From positions 310,001 through 374,000 of the forward strand of contig VJWM01000119.1 of the NCBI GenBank assembly GCA_010909165.1: 64,000 nucleotides of DNA. Reading direction: 5' to 3'. Source of the DNA: Anthoceros angustus. Its lineage: Eukaryota; Plantae; Anthocerotophyta. Numbering within the stretch: position 1 is the stretch's first letter; every line of letters begins with the position of its first letter. The notes under the pieces were generated by a model that searched no databases, was not told where the DNA came from, and worked only from the letters and a program-made list of their open reading frames with translations. The translations under genes and the position numbers were made by a program. This document shows positions 10,848 through 21,273 of this stretch, piece by piece.

Positions 10848-13800
10848 GAAATCTGGAAACGTACAGCAATTGGAAGGGACTGAAACAGCTGCACAAGCTT
10901 GGCAACAACTCCACGATGTGTATGCTGCAACGGACATCATGCACACAGTCCACACGATTAAAAATTACTTCTCTTTAAGGATGTCTGAAACAGACCAAGT
11001 GGACACACATACCATGTTGTTTAGAAGCTGGAACGCCAAGTTCCAATCATGTGGCTTCACCATCTCTGAAGATTTGATGGCAGCAATATTGCTGTCTACT
11101 CTACCCGAATCGTGGATCTCTGTAGTTCAGTCCCTACAAGGTGCAGCCCCACTCACGGTCAACAAGGTCATTAGTGCAATGTTGACGGAAGAAGCAAGGA
11201 GAAAAGTATTTGCTACCTCCTTTGGCGGGGAATCGTCAAACCCAGCCTACTTCACAGGCAGAGGAAGAGCTCGAGGCCGTGGAAGACCTAACTTTAGAGC
11301 TCAGCAGCAACACAGGGGCAGAGGCTTCCTATTCAAGAGGACGTGGCAACTTCAACCCAAGTTGGAGAAAAATATGTGGCTACTGCAAAATTCCGGGCCA
11401 CACATATGAGGAGTGCCGGAAACGCATGTCAGATAATAACCAAAGAAGAGACAGAGGAGAAGCATCGTGCCGATTAGCTTTAACTATGAAAAGACACTCA
11501 AAGGCATTCCTATGCCTACTAAATAGTCGACTCACCACCATCAGCCCTAGTTGCTTCATGTCTGACTGCTCAAGGCCAGCACTCCTGGTATATCGATTCA
11601 GGGGCGTCACAGCATATGACCCCACATCGAGAATATTTCAAAGACTTTACACCCTCTAAGCCTCCTCACTTCGTCAGCCTGGGTGATGACACAAGGCACA
11701 CCATAGAAGGACACGGATCAATAGAATTAAACCTGAAGCCAGGAAGCACACTGCAAATTTCAGATGTTCTACTTGTCCCAGGACTTACCAAAAACCTATT
11801 TTCAGTCCGCAAAATTGACGAATCTGGCTGCTATGTGTGCTTTGGACAAGGCCACTGCATTGTGGAAACACCTCAAGGAGAGCTTATTGCCACTGGAGAC
11901 CTCAAGAATGATGACCTGTATCATCTCAACATGGACAGAAGTCATAACCCTGCTCTCTCATTATCTGCTGCAGCCAAGCACAACAATTCATACTTATGGC
12001 ATGCACGACTCGGTCACATGGGGGTTCAGCGAATGAAACAGATGCTTACAGCAAGTGCAGCCAAAGGAATTACACTTACCGTGGAGGAGTTCGGCATCTG
12101 CGAAGCATGCTCACTTGGAAAGAGCCACCGTACTCCTTTCCCTAGATCCACCAGCAGATCTACAAGACGCTTGGAGTTAGTACACTCGGACATATGCGGA
12201 CCCTTCAAGAGATCCATTTTTGGATACTTATATTTCATGCTCGTCATAGATGACATGAGCAGGTTCACCGTTCTCTATCTGTTAAAGCATAAATCACAAG
12301 CCCTTACCTGCTTCCAAGAATACACAGTTTGGGCTGAAAAGCAGACGGGAGGGAAACTCCTAACACTCCGTTCAGATGGAGGAGGAGAATATGGATCCAA
12401 TGCCTTCCTGCAGTTCTGCAAGACACACGGCATTAGCAGACAAGTGACCACACCTCACACCTCTCAACAAAACGGGGTGTCAGAAAGGATGAATAGGACA
12501 GTCCAGGATTACGGACTGACCATGCTGATCCACGCCAACCTCCCCAAGACATACTGGCCAGAAGCAATGGCCCACGCAGTTTACCTCATCAACAGATCAG
12601 TAACAGCAGCTTTGCCGCAACAAACTCCTTACGAAGCTTGGACCGGACACAAGCCTGATTTATCCAATCTCAGAGTGTTCGGCTCCCCCGTGTATGCACA
12701 TGTACCTAACGCTACCAGGACCAAGCTCGACGATCGGGCCAGCAAACACATCTTTATTGGCTTCACCAACGGCGTGAAGGGGTTCAAAATTATGCACCCG
12801 CAGACTCACAAGGTCACACATTCACGAGATGTCACCTTTCTGGAAGATATGCCGGGCTCAGCTGCAGTGGGAGCATCCAACCAGCCTACAGATCTCGCGG
12901 ACAGCGACGAGGACATCTCCATGGGCACAGCTCCCCCTGCACAGCCCACACAACAGCCAAATCAAGCAGCCAACAGGCAGCCAAATCAAGCACCAACAGC
13001 CACATTACCCGCAGATAGAAAATTAGTGGGCTCAAAATGGACATTTAAAATCAAGCTAAATGCTGACGGCAGCATAGAGAGGTATAAGGCTAGATTAGTT
13101 GCTAAGGGCTATTCTCAGCTTCATGGGTTTGATTATGATGAAACTTTCAGCCCGGTACTCAAGATTACCTCACTAAGGACCCTCATAGCATTAGCCTCTC
13201 ACCATGATTATGAGCTAATGCAACTTGATATTAAAATGGCTTTCTTGTACGGCGACCTACAACACACAATATATATGGAAATACCCGAGGGAATTAAGGT
13301 CAACCGACGATTATATAATGCATGCAAATTATTGAAAGCACTTTATGGACTTAAACAGAGTGCTATGGAATGGTACTCTAAGCTGGATGAAACCCTAGAG
13401 GCATTAGGGTTTACCAAACTAGACTGACAACATCTATATAAGAAGATCGGATGGTTGCTTTATATTACTTGCTGTATATGTAGATGATATTGTTTTGATG
13501 TCTAACTCTAAGCCCATGCTAGAAGAAACCAGTTAATGCTTTCCAAGCGTTTTGCCATGACTACTTGCAGGACTTATCTTATTGTTTAGGCATTGAGATA
13601 GTTAGACATAGAGAGTCTAGAAGTATATTCATACACCAATCAAGTATATTCAAGAAGTTTTAACTAAGTACAAGATGCAAGACTCTAAGCCCATATCGAC
13701 ACCTATGGAAGTTAATCTTAAGCTTATTAAGGCGGATCTAGACTCAGCTCCGGATCCGGATATGAACGAGGTACCCTACTCTTCAGCAGTCGGGAGCCTC

Positions 13801-14472
13801 ATGTATTTAATGGTATGCACCAGACCAGATCTTGCTTTTCCAGTGGGAGCACTCTCCCAGTTTCTATCTTCTCCGACACAGGAGCACTGGAAGGCCATCA
13901 AGAGGATTTTCCGGTATCTCAGATCCACATCTGACACAGGACTCCTTTATCAATCACCCACTAAGCGAGGTGACCCTCTCCAGCTCGTGGGATATAGTGA
14001 CGCTGACTGGGCTGGAGACAAGGGCGTCAGAAAGAGTACAAGCAGTTACGTATACCTGCTTGGAGGGACAGCTACCAGTTGGAGCAGCAAGCGGCAACAG
14101 GTTATTGCCTTAAGCTCCACTGAATCAGAATATTGTTCCTTAACACATGCTTGCAAGGAGGGGTTATGGCAACTCCTTCAGCTATCAGAATTAGGAGAAA
14201 CCCAGTATTTGCCAAGACCTCTCTATTGTGACAATCAAGGCGCTATATCGCTTACATACAGCTCCAAGTACCACGCGCGCACCAAGCACATCGAAGTGCA
14301 ATTTCATTTTATTCGAAAGGTGGTCAAGGATGGTAAATTTGAAGTTTTATATTGGCCGACGGAGCAGATAACGGCCGACATCCTGACCAAGGCACTCAGC
14401 TCAGCGAAGCACCAACAGCACTGTGCATCTATGGGTTTGAGAAAATTATCAGATACTGTTAATAAGAGTTAA
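10848..14472 (+). pseudogene. pol: Copia gag-pol remainder, frameshifted
   Basis: Zn knuckle CGYCKIPGHTYEEC; protease WYIDSGASQHMT; LWHARLGH/CEAC; integrase VHSDICGP, LRSDGGGEY, NGVSERMNRT; RT KARLVAKGY, KALYGLKQ, AVYVDD (13477-13488); RNase H GYSDADWAGD, CDNQGAI, ADILTKAL. Several frameshifts. Confidence 0.95.
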
Positions 14473-14522
14473 GAGTTAGCAAAGACTAGCATCATAGATT
14501 AAGCACCTAATGCTCGCACACT

Positions 14523-14531
14523 AAGTGGGAG
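14523..14531 (+). promoter_or_regulatory. Polypurine tract
   Basis: AAGTGGGAG immediately before the 3' LTR. Confidence 0.85.
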
Positions 14532-14738
14532 TGTTAAAATAGCCATGTCTAGTATGCTTACATTAGGGCACGCTTCAGTTCGTGAAGCGAAACGCTGCTT
14601 CAGGCTACGAGACCGTTACCACCTCGTACCGCTTCGTCTCAGCATAAGAACGCTGTCTGTACATTCCATGAGCGCAATGCAATTCTGAACGATCCATGAA
14701 TTATCTCATCAATTCTGAACGATCCATGAATTATCTCA
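14532..14738 (+). repeat. 3' LTR (207 bp)
   Basis: Identical to the 5' LTR and followed by TSD GAGGC. Confidence 0.97.
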
Positions 14739-14743
14739 GAGGC

Positions 14744-15275
14744 AGGCAAGGATTTACAGACCGGGACACTTTCTACAAGTTTTATGGGGTTTCGCTAGCT
14801 GTAGTCCATGCGAAACGGTAGCTCAAACTCCCACCGACCGTTGTGTGTTGTGGGCCGACCTCGAGCAGGACTGTCCCGAGTTTCAGTATTGAAGGTGGAC
14901 GATTCCATCCTGCAGAGGCTCTGTCTGTTTTCGTCTCCCCGAATGTAATGTACCTGAAAGTCACACGCCGTGATGGTATGGACCTGTGCCACAAAGACCT
15001 CCCAGGAGCTCCTGCCTGTCGGAACAAGCCATGCGTGCAGCTGCAGAGGCGCTGATTAAGCGTACAAAGGTTCTGAGGGATTACGATAGAAAAGAAGGTG
15101 ACGGAGATTGTTGAATAACAGTAAGAACGTTTTCCCAAGTTTTGATTCCACAAGAGTTTCATGGAGTTGAATTCCTCGTACTCAACATCCTTTCTTGATG
15201 AACATGGATGGGTTGGAAGCAGAATAGAAAACCTTTCCTGAGGTCCGGCAGGTAACCCTAGGCCTCTAGAGACAT
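14744..15275 (-). pseudogene. 5' half of a probable F-box pseudogene
   Basis: ATG at 15275 reads MSLEA*GYLPDL then, after a frameshift, QERFSILLP. This resembles MDDKIWRYLPRELLERVLEWLP of the neighbouring F-box gene. A later CSCTHGLF segment resembles the FBA (S/H)GLxC motif. Confidence 0.5.
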
Positions 15276-15921
15276 GTATGTATTCGTGTCTCCAGGGTCA
15301 TGCGCGTTGGAGACGGCAGTGAAAGCGGGCTGCACTTACGGGGCGGGCCAACGAACTCTGCTTGATGCCATGAGAGGCATTGGGTAGAGGTGAGGATCCG
15401 GAGCGGATGCAGCCGAAGCTGGGATGCAGATGGAAAGGGTTGGCCCTAGGCCTGCTGGGATCAGAGACCATGCCCTAACAGAACAGTTTGGGTGAACATG
15501 TGCTTAAAAGGGAGGCAGCCTAGAGTAGAAAGAAGAGGCAGCCCGGGCCCCAAAGGATACTGGTGTTTGACGGGACCTGCCCAAAGAGGTGCCTCTTTCA
15601 CAGGCTGGCGTGACCAGATGTAGAAGGCAGCTTTCCCTTTCCGCATGCAATAGCAGGTTTGGAACCTGCGGATAATTGTGTAAAGGTAGGTTTGCAAGGC
15701 CATGATGGATAGGGTCATAGGCGAGGGTTTGCCCTTAAATAGAGTTCCTCGCAGGCTCTTGGTTCCTCAGGGCAAATAATTTGCAGCGCTTGTCAGGTGA
15801 TTTGTTCTGGAGGCCACACTAGCTACCTAGTACTGCAGGCAAGGCAAGAAAGAAGATGCAAGCAACACATACGATGCAGCAGATGTGTTGGGTGCAACAT
15901 GACTCCAGCGCCAGCGGTAGC

Positions 15922-16947
15922 ATGGATGACAAAATTTGGAGATATTTACCCAGGGAACTCTTGGAGCGTGTGTTGGAGTGGCTGCCTCTGGCCCAAATGC
16001 TGAGATACCGTACCGTCTGCAAGGATTGGCACCGCCTTCTGTCGTCCCCCGCGTTTCTGCGGCAGTGGAAGCGGAATTCCGAAGCTCCCCTGGGAATCAA
16101 CGTGTTTGGGGGCGAGGGAAATGAACAAACTTTGCCGCCTTCGGATCCGGGGTGGAGCTTGCACAAGTTTGTGTTCCCTTTCTCCTCTTATTCCCCTTAT
16201 CCGCGTGCAGCATCAGGAGGTTTGATCTGCTTTTCTGCCGGACCGATGAACCAGGTGGCGCGCATTCAGGAGCCATTAGTGATTTGCAACCCTCTCACAG
16301 GAAACTGGAAGTTGTTGCCGAGGATACCCTACTTGCTGGTTAGAGTGCGAGACCCCACTGGCAACTGGGTGTCAGTGATTTCGCATGTCAAATTGGGCGT
16401 GGATTACGGTTCTAAGACCTACTCACTACGAGTCTTGTTTCACAACGATGCGCAGTTCGAATATGAATCCGGATCCGGCGCCTGGGCCTGGCTCACCTGG
16501 TCCCCGGATCAGAGTCGTGATTTTCGGGTATTGAACGCGACGTGGTCCATGCGTCACGATAACGATCTCCAGACTCGATTGAAGACCCCGGGGGCTCCTT
16601 ACAGCGTGCAAATTTGCTGCATCTCCAAAAGTATCACGATATGGAAGGGTGATCCGACGGGACCATTTTTTGTTATGCCTCGGACTCACTGGACAAACAT
16701 TTTTGGAAACCGCAACCGGGATTTCCTCCGCCGCTATGTTGTCACAGCAGTAGACAATTATGTTTGCATATTTCTCTATGTTGCTACATCCCGGAGACCT
16801 TCTCCAGTGTTCAGCATGGGATTGATCACGTACCACCTCACCGGAAGGACGTGGAGTTCTTGGGTCATGGATGGCTATGTCGATAACCGTAACTCTTCAA
16901 ACTGTATTTTCTCACTTGATCCAATGGCTAGTCAAATTGCTTTGTGA
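15922..16947 (+). CDS. F-box protein (FBA/kelch-like), intronless
   Basis: MDDKIWRYLPRELLERVLEWLPLAQMLRYRTVCKDWHRLLSSPAF; AASGGLICF; LVICNPLTGNWKLLP; YESGSGAW. Confidence 0.92.
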   Translation: MDDKIWRYLPRELLERVLEWLPLAQMLRYRTVCKDWHRLLSSPAFLRQWKRNSEAPLGINVFGGEGNEQTLPPSDPGWSLHKFVFPFSSYSPYPRAASGGLICFSAGPMNQVARIQEPLVICNPLTGNWKLLPRIPYLLVRVRDPTGNWVSVISHVKLGVDYGSKTYSLRVLFHNDAQFEYESGSGAWAWLTWSPDQSRDFRVLNATWSMRHDNDLQTRLKTPGAPYSVQICCISKSITIWKGDPTGPFFVMPRTHWTNIFGNRNRDFLRRYVVTAVDNYVCIFLYVATSRRPSPVFSMGLITYHLTGRTWSSWVMDGYVDNRNSSNCIFSLDPMASQIAL

Positions 16948-17073
16948 GATTTCCTTGTGTACTTGTGGTGTTAATAGCATTCTTGGGGGCCACCCACGAA
17001 AGCTGCTTCAAGAGGAGCTCATAAGTTCATCATGGTTCTCTATGCACTCGTGTTAAGCATGTATGCCTTTTGG

Positions 17074-17151
17074 AAAGGCATAAGCTAGTTTCTTGGGAGT
17101 GGGTTAAGGCTCCAAAAGGCATAAGCTAGTTTCTTGGGAGTGGGTTAAGGC
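17074..17151 (+). repeat. 41-bp-period tandem duplication
   Basis: AAAGGCATAAGCTAGTTTCTTGGGAGTGGGTTAAGGC at 17074 and 17115. Confidence 0.85.
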
Positions 17152-17460
17152 ATTTAGTCCGAGACTCTTTCAGTTCTATTTCCTTTCTTCTCTACTTTCT
17201 TTTCCGTCTTTTAAATTTTGTCCCACACAGCAGCTTAGTTGCCTCAATCTCCCCAGTCATGGTTAATATATATGATTTCAGACATGGAACATTGTTGCTC
17301 CTTTTGCACAACGTCCCTTAGGGTCTCTCTTTGATGCCCTCTAAAAGATGTGCTCACCTCGGCTCTGTTTATCAATAAAGTTCTCATGTTGCCTAGTATA
17401 TCTAAACTATAGGATACGTATTATACATCTTTATATTGGGTGTACACGTTGTTCATGAAC

Positions 17461-19077
17461 AGCGTTTGTGTAAAAAGAGGTTTCTCCTGAAACCCCTTTT
17501 GGCACACGGACGTGGCCGGACCACGCACTTGAAAAAAATCCGCACTATAACCAGCCTTTTTGGTATTTCTCTGCAGACATGTCACCCGCAACCTTTTGAA
17601 TAATTGTTTTGATACACGTTATTTGAGATTGTAGATTGCAAGTACGTGGCGAAAACCTAAAGTCTCGTTCTCATTCGGCTTTTTCTTTGGATGAACTGTC
17701 TGAGAATGCCCGAAACCGATGGATGAACCGTCTGAGAATGCACTTGTGCGCGCACTTACATCTAAACAGTCTCCAACACCTGGCAATCATTGCCAGGTGT
17801 TGGACATATACAAACGTTTAGAGTTTTTAGGGCTTGCTGTAATTCTGTAAGTTTGCGCACCAACCTTTCATTCATACCAGTCAATCCTTAGACTATACTC
17901 TCGCTCTAGGAATTTTACAGGACTTTGTTTCTTAGACATTGGGACAATAATATCTTCGTTGACGTGATGCTCTTGATCCGTGTGCAGTGCGAAAATGAGA
18001 GTGGCATGGTTGCACTTGGAGCTGGGCCCACGTCAAACATCTCAAGATTCAAAAGATGCAAAAGGTTCTCACTACTAGTTCAAAGTTTTAACCACTAGAA
18101 AAAAGATGAGGGCTAAGTAAAGATAAGAACATATCCACATTAGGGAGGTGCACAAAAAAGGTTGAAAACGTTGAAAGAAACCCTTTAAAACAACAAAAAT
18201 ATCAAAAAAATAGCAAACAGTTCAAAAAAATATCAAAATTTTAGAGCAAGTGCGCTTCTGCCTCAAAAAATTGGACTTTTTTGGAATTTTTGGAATTTTT
18301 TAGATTTTTTGTTCTTTTTTTCTTTGGATGAACCGTCTGAGAATGCACTGGGAGGCATAAACCATATGGGTTCATGCTTCTAGGCCTCCTTGCCCCCTTG
18401 GTGCGTGCACTTGTGCGCGCACCTGGGCCCCCTTGCCCCCTTGGTGTGCGCACAAGTGCACGCACTGGCCCCTTGCCCCCTGGTGCATGCACTTGTTCAC
18501 CCAGTTGGGCCCCCCTGGCATGTTAAATGATAACCCGGTACTAGGTCACCGCCGAAAGAGACAGAAAGGATAGATATATGAGAGCGGATAGATATATGAG
18601 AGCGGTCTAGGTGAAACTCCGCCGATGTCTACTACTTGTTATTTTGCTGGGAGTTCCGACACATCCTCATACCTCCAAAAGGACATGTTTCCCCAGTAGA
18701 AGATCATTTTTCGCGTTCTTTTTGCACAGTGCGTACACAAGTTTGCGCATAGCGTTGTTTAGACGCGCACTTATGCGTGCCTAGGCCCCCCGGTGTACAA
18801 AAACATACAAAACCACACAAAATGCAGAAACTACTGACATGACAAAATTATGGAACAATGAGGTCACTGGCCCTTCATCACACTGACTAAATCGCCATGA
18901 ACCTAAGAACAAGGCGCCAGCGCGGTGTAAATGACTCGACAGGAAGTGGTGCCGGAGCTGAGAATGCCCGAAACCGATGGATGAACACCTACAAAAACCA
19001 ACAAAAATCAAACCAACTTTAGTTTCTGGCGAAATAGGGTTGGGATTTTTTCCAAAACCCCGTTCTACACAGACGCT
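17461..19077. mobile_element. Probable non-autonomous TIR element with internal repeats
   Basis: Imperfect ~23-bp inverted ends (AGCGTTTGTGTAAAAAGAGGTTT vs reverse complement AGCGTCTGTGTAGAACGGGGTTT). Internal direct repeat CTGAGAATGCCCGAAACCGATGGATGAAC at ~17699 and ~18958. GC-rich CCTTGCCCC/GTGCAC repeats at 18385-18495. No clean TSD. Confidence 0.45.
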
Positions 19078-19104
19078 TAATATCCCTCATTGAGGGATAT
19101 TAAG
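19076..19104. repeat. Perfect 14-bp-arm palindrome
   Basis: CTTAATATCCCTCA-T-TGAGGGATATTAAG. Confidence 0.95.
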
Positions 19105-19944
19105 GTCATAATCTTTGGAGTCAGGTTCATGAACGAGAGCTGTAGGTCTGACTGGAAACCGAAGTGTTGTTTATAATATGATAGAGCAAACATTGAAGCA
19201 TCTACTTGTCTGCCTCCTTGTCATCCTCCTCATCTCCTGCAATTCTTGTGGCAGTGTAGATGGTTGGTGGGGGAGCTTTGCCCAATGGTTTTTCCAAACA
19301 CACAACAGGAATGTATATCCAAGGCTTGATACATGTGTCGTATTAGCCGCAGCAATGCGTAGCTTTGCAGCCTTGTACAAAAAATCAGATGCAAGTGCAG
19401 AAGAAGGGGTGAGGCAAGTGTAATGGAATGCAGGTAATAGCTCATTGTAGATTAATTGATGGCAAGCACGGCACAAACAACGATCAAACCTAGCAAATGC
19501 AGTTCCAGTTCTAGCTTTCAGAAATCTCTGCTAACTGCATGCTTGTGGTTATGTAGGCCTTGGGGGAGCAAATTGCAATTAGAAGAGTGAGGAGTTGTTG
19601 CTTGCGATCAGTACTTGTGAAATTAGGCAGCAAGAGTCTTTTGCCGCCTAAACAATCCGAGCACTCTAGAGACATTAAGGCATTGACAAAATACCACCAA
19701 TCCCTTATACTCTGAGTGCAGAGGATTAGAATAACCGTTTGTTGCAATCTTTTTTTATCAGCTCTTATGGAGAATCCGCCAGAATCCGATTCAAGGATAT
19801 TGCACTCCGCCACAGGGTCAGAAACCAAAGGAACGGATGGAATCTTAGAACACGTCCGCTTATTGCATCAAGAAACGTTTGTACGGATGGAGTGCTCCGT
19901 CCGGAAGCCCCTATTTTACTCCATGTATAGCCATCTGCAAAACC

Positions 19945-20226
19945 CTAAAGCGCATGCTGCAAGTCGGGATGGCGGGGACTGGGCTTATCCGCCCCGTTGT
20001 TCCACCACTGCCTGGGATCATCATAGAATTGGTGCCACAGCCGCTCCTCCCCGGTCTCTGCAGCATCAGGAGCCTGCTGGGTATAAGCCCTGCACACTCC
20101 CGTCTCAGATGGAACGCAGCGTCGCTTTCCAGAATGGGAAAATCCGCAGCTCGGCTGCTGGTGCTGCTCATCCAACGTCGGCAGCGGAAGGGGACAAGGC
20201 AGCAATTCTGCCAATGCCATGGCCAT
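19945..20226 (-). CDS. Short ORF with one OSB-type PDF motif (mini-protein or truncated pseudogene)
   Basis: EERLWHQFYDDPRQWWNNGADKPSPRHPDLQH matches the PDF motif pattern LW..FF.NP..WWDNR..K.NP..PDFKH of organellar ssDNA-binding proteins. It stops at HAL* where ALWL is expected. Confidence 0.6.
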   Translation of the reverse strand: MAMALAELLPCPLPLPTLDEQHQQPSCGFSHSGKRRCVPSETGVCRAYTQQAPDAAETGEERLWHQFYDDPRQWWNNGADKPSPRHPDLQHAL

Positions 20227-21273
20227 GCTCCGCGTCCAAGGCGCCGACCACCGGGTGAGGATCGTGATGAATGGAACACGACAAATCATAGCGGATATCC
20301 AGTCCTCGTCGCCATCCGGGCCACGGAATTTCCTTCCCTATTACCCCACATCGTTGGTGCTCATCGGAGGCTTGTACGCAGGTTGTTTGTGCGATGTTTT
20401 GTTGGATGCTTATTTGGGAAAGGAGTTTTACAATCCTCTGCAGATGTTTGTGCATCTTGGTGTTGTTTGATAGCAAGCTTTTGAGCTAACGAGCTTCCAT
20501 GGCTGTGAACACCAGCTGGTAGATCTGTCCAGCTTTGACATCCGCAAATGCCGACAGGTTCTCTGAGCAGGTCAGTAATGGCAGCAAGGTCTTCTCCACC
20601 ACCATCATCTTGCCTGTTCAGCGGGATGAACTCCAGGTAAGGCAAGCCAAATCAGGGACCAAGATGAAGACCGTCAGAATTCATCTCCCAACACTTGCAC
20701 CAACACCACACCTCACTGACTCCCAACTTAGAGCATGGGCACAGCAGCACCAACAGCCTTCCAACACCAACGATTCCCACTGACCATCCCTTGCCTTATG
20801 CATTGGATTCAAAAGCGCGGCCCAGGCCCAGGCTCAAGAACCTTCCGAACCTTCCTCTGGCCCGACAGCCTTGTCGCCTGTCGCCGGACAGAGCTCTGCA
20901 AAATCGAAACCAGTGAAGGGTCCAGGAGCTGCAAAGGGGTTGCAGGCCCTCCCAGCTGCCTGTCGGGTGCAGCACCACCACCACCTGCATCGCGTCGCCT
21001 CCGCGGCTTGGCTCGGCTCCGAACACACCGCCTCCTGCTTGTATGGTCGTGCACAAGCAGGAGGTGCACCATACTCGTGAATGTTAGACGTTCAAGCATA
21101 TTGTTACTCCAGTAGATAGATAGTCCTTAGATAGATCAAAAGTCTCAGGACAAGTAGATAGAAGGCCAATGGTGGAGTGATTTCCATCATGCGTTTGATT
21201 CCTGATCCTCAACATGCCAGGAGACTGAAAGGTACCACTAGCCCTGCGTTTGCGTGAGCATGGAGATCCAACT

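Larger units (their letters stand above)
6751..14738 (+). mobile_element. Full-length Ty1/copia LTR retrotransposon, defective, with nested CACTA remnant
   Basis: TG...CA LTRs at 6751-6957 and 14532-14738; 5-bp TSD GAGGC (6746-6750, 14739-14743); PBS; PPT; domain order gag-PR-IN-RT-RH. Confidence 0.98.

Noticed and set aside
10856-10930. 249-aa ORF 10181-10930 as a single gene
   Set aside because: Its 5' part is antisense copia gag; it crosses the CACTA/gag junction and is chimeric.
14880-14990. DFQVHYIRGDEN as a Ty3/gypsy RNase H fragment
   Set aside because: No other gypsy motifs are nearby, and the segment fits better inside the F-box pseudogene.
18070-18104. CACTAC/CACTAGAAAAAA as the missing CACTA end
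   Set aside because: Wrong orientation to pair with 7916, outside the copia element, and no subterminal repeats.
19171-19830. PPR repeats downstream of the PDF motif
   Set aside because: Only vague resemblance; no frame gives a convincing 35-aa motif.
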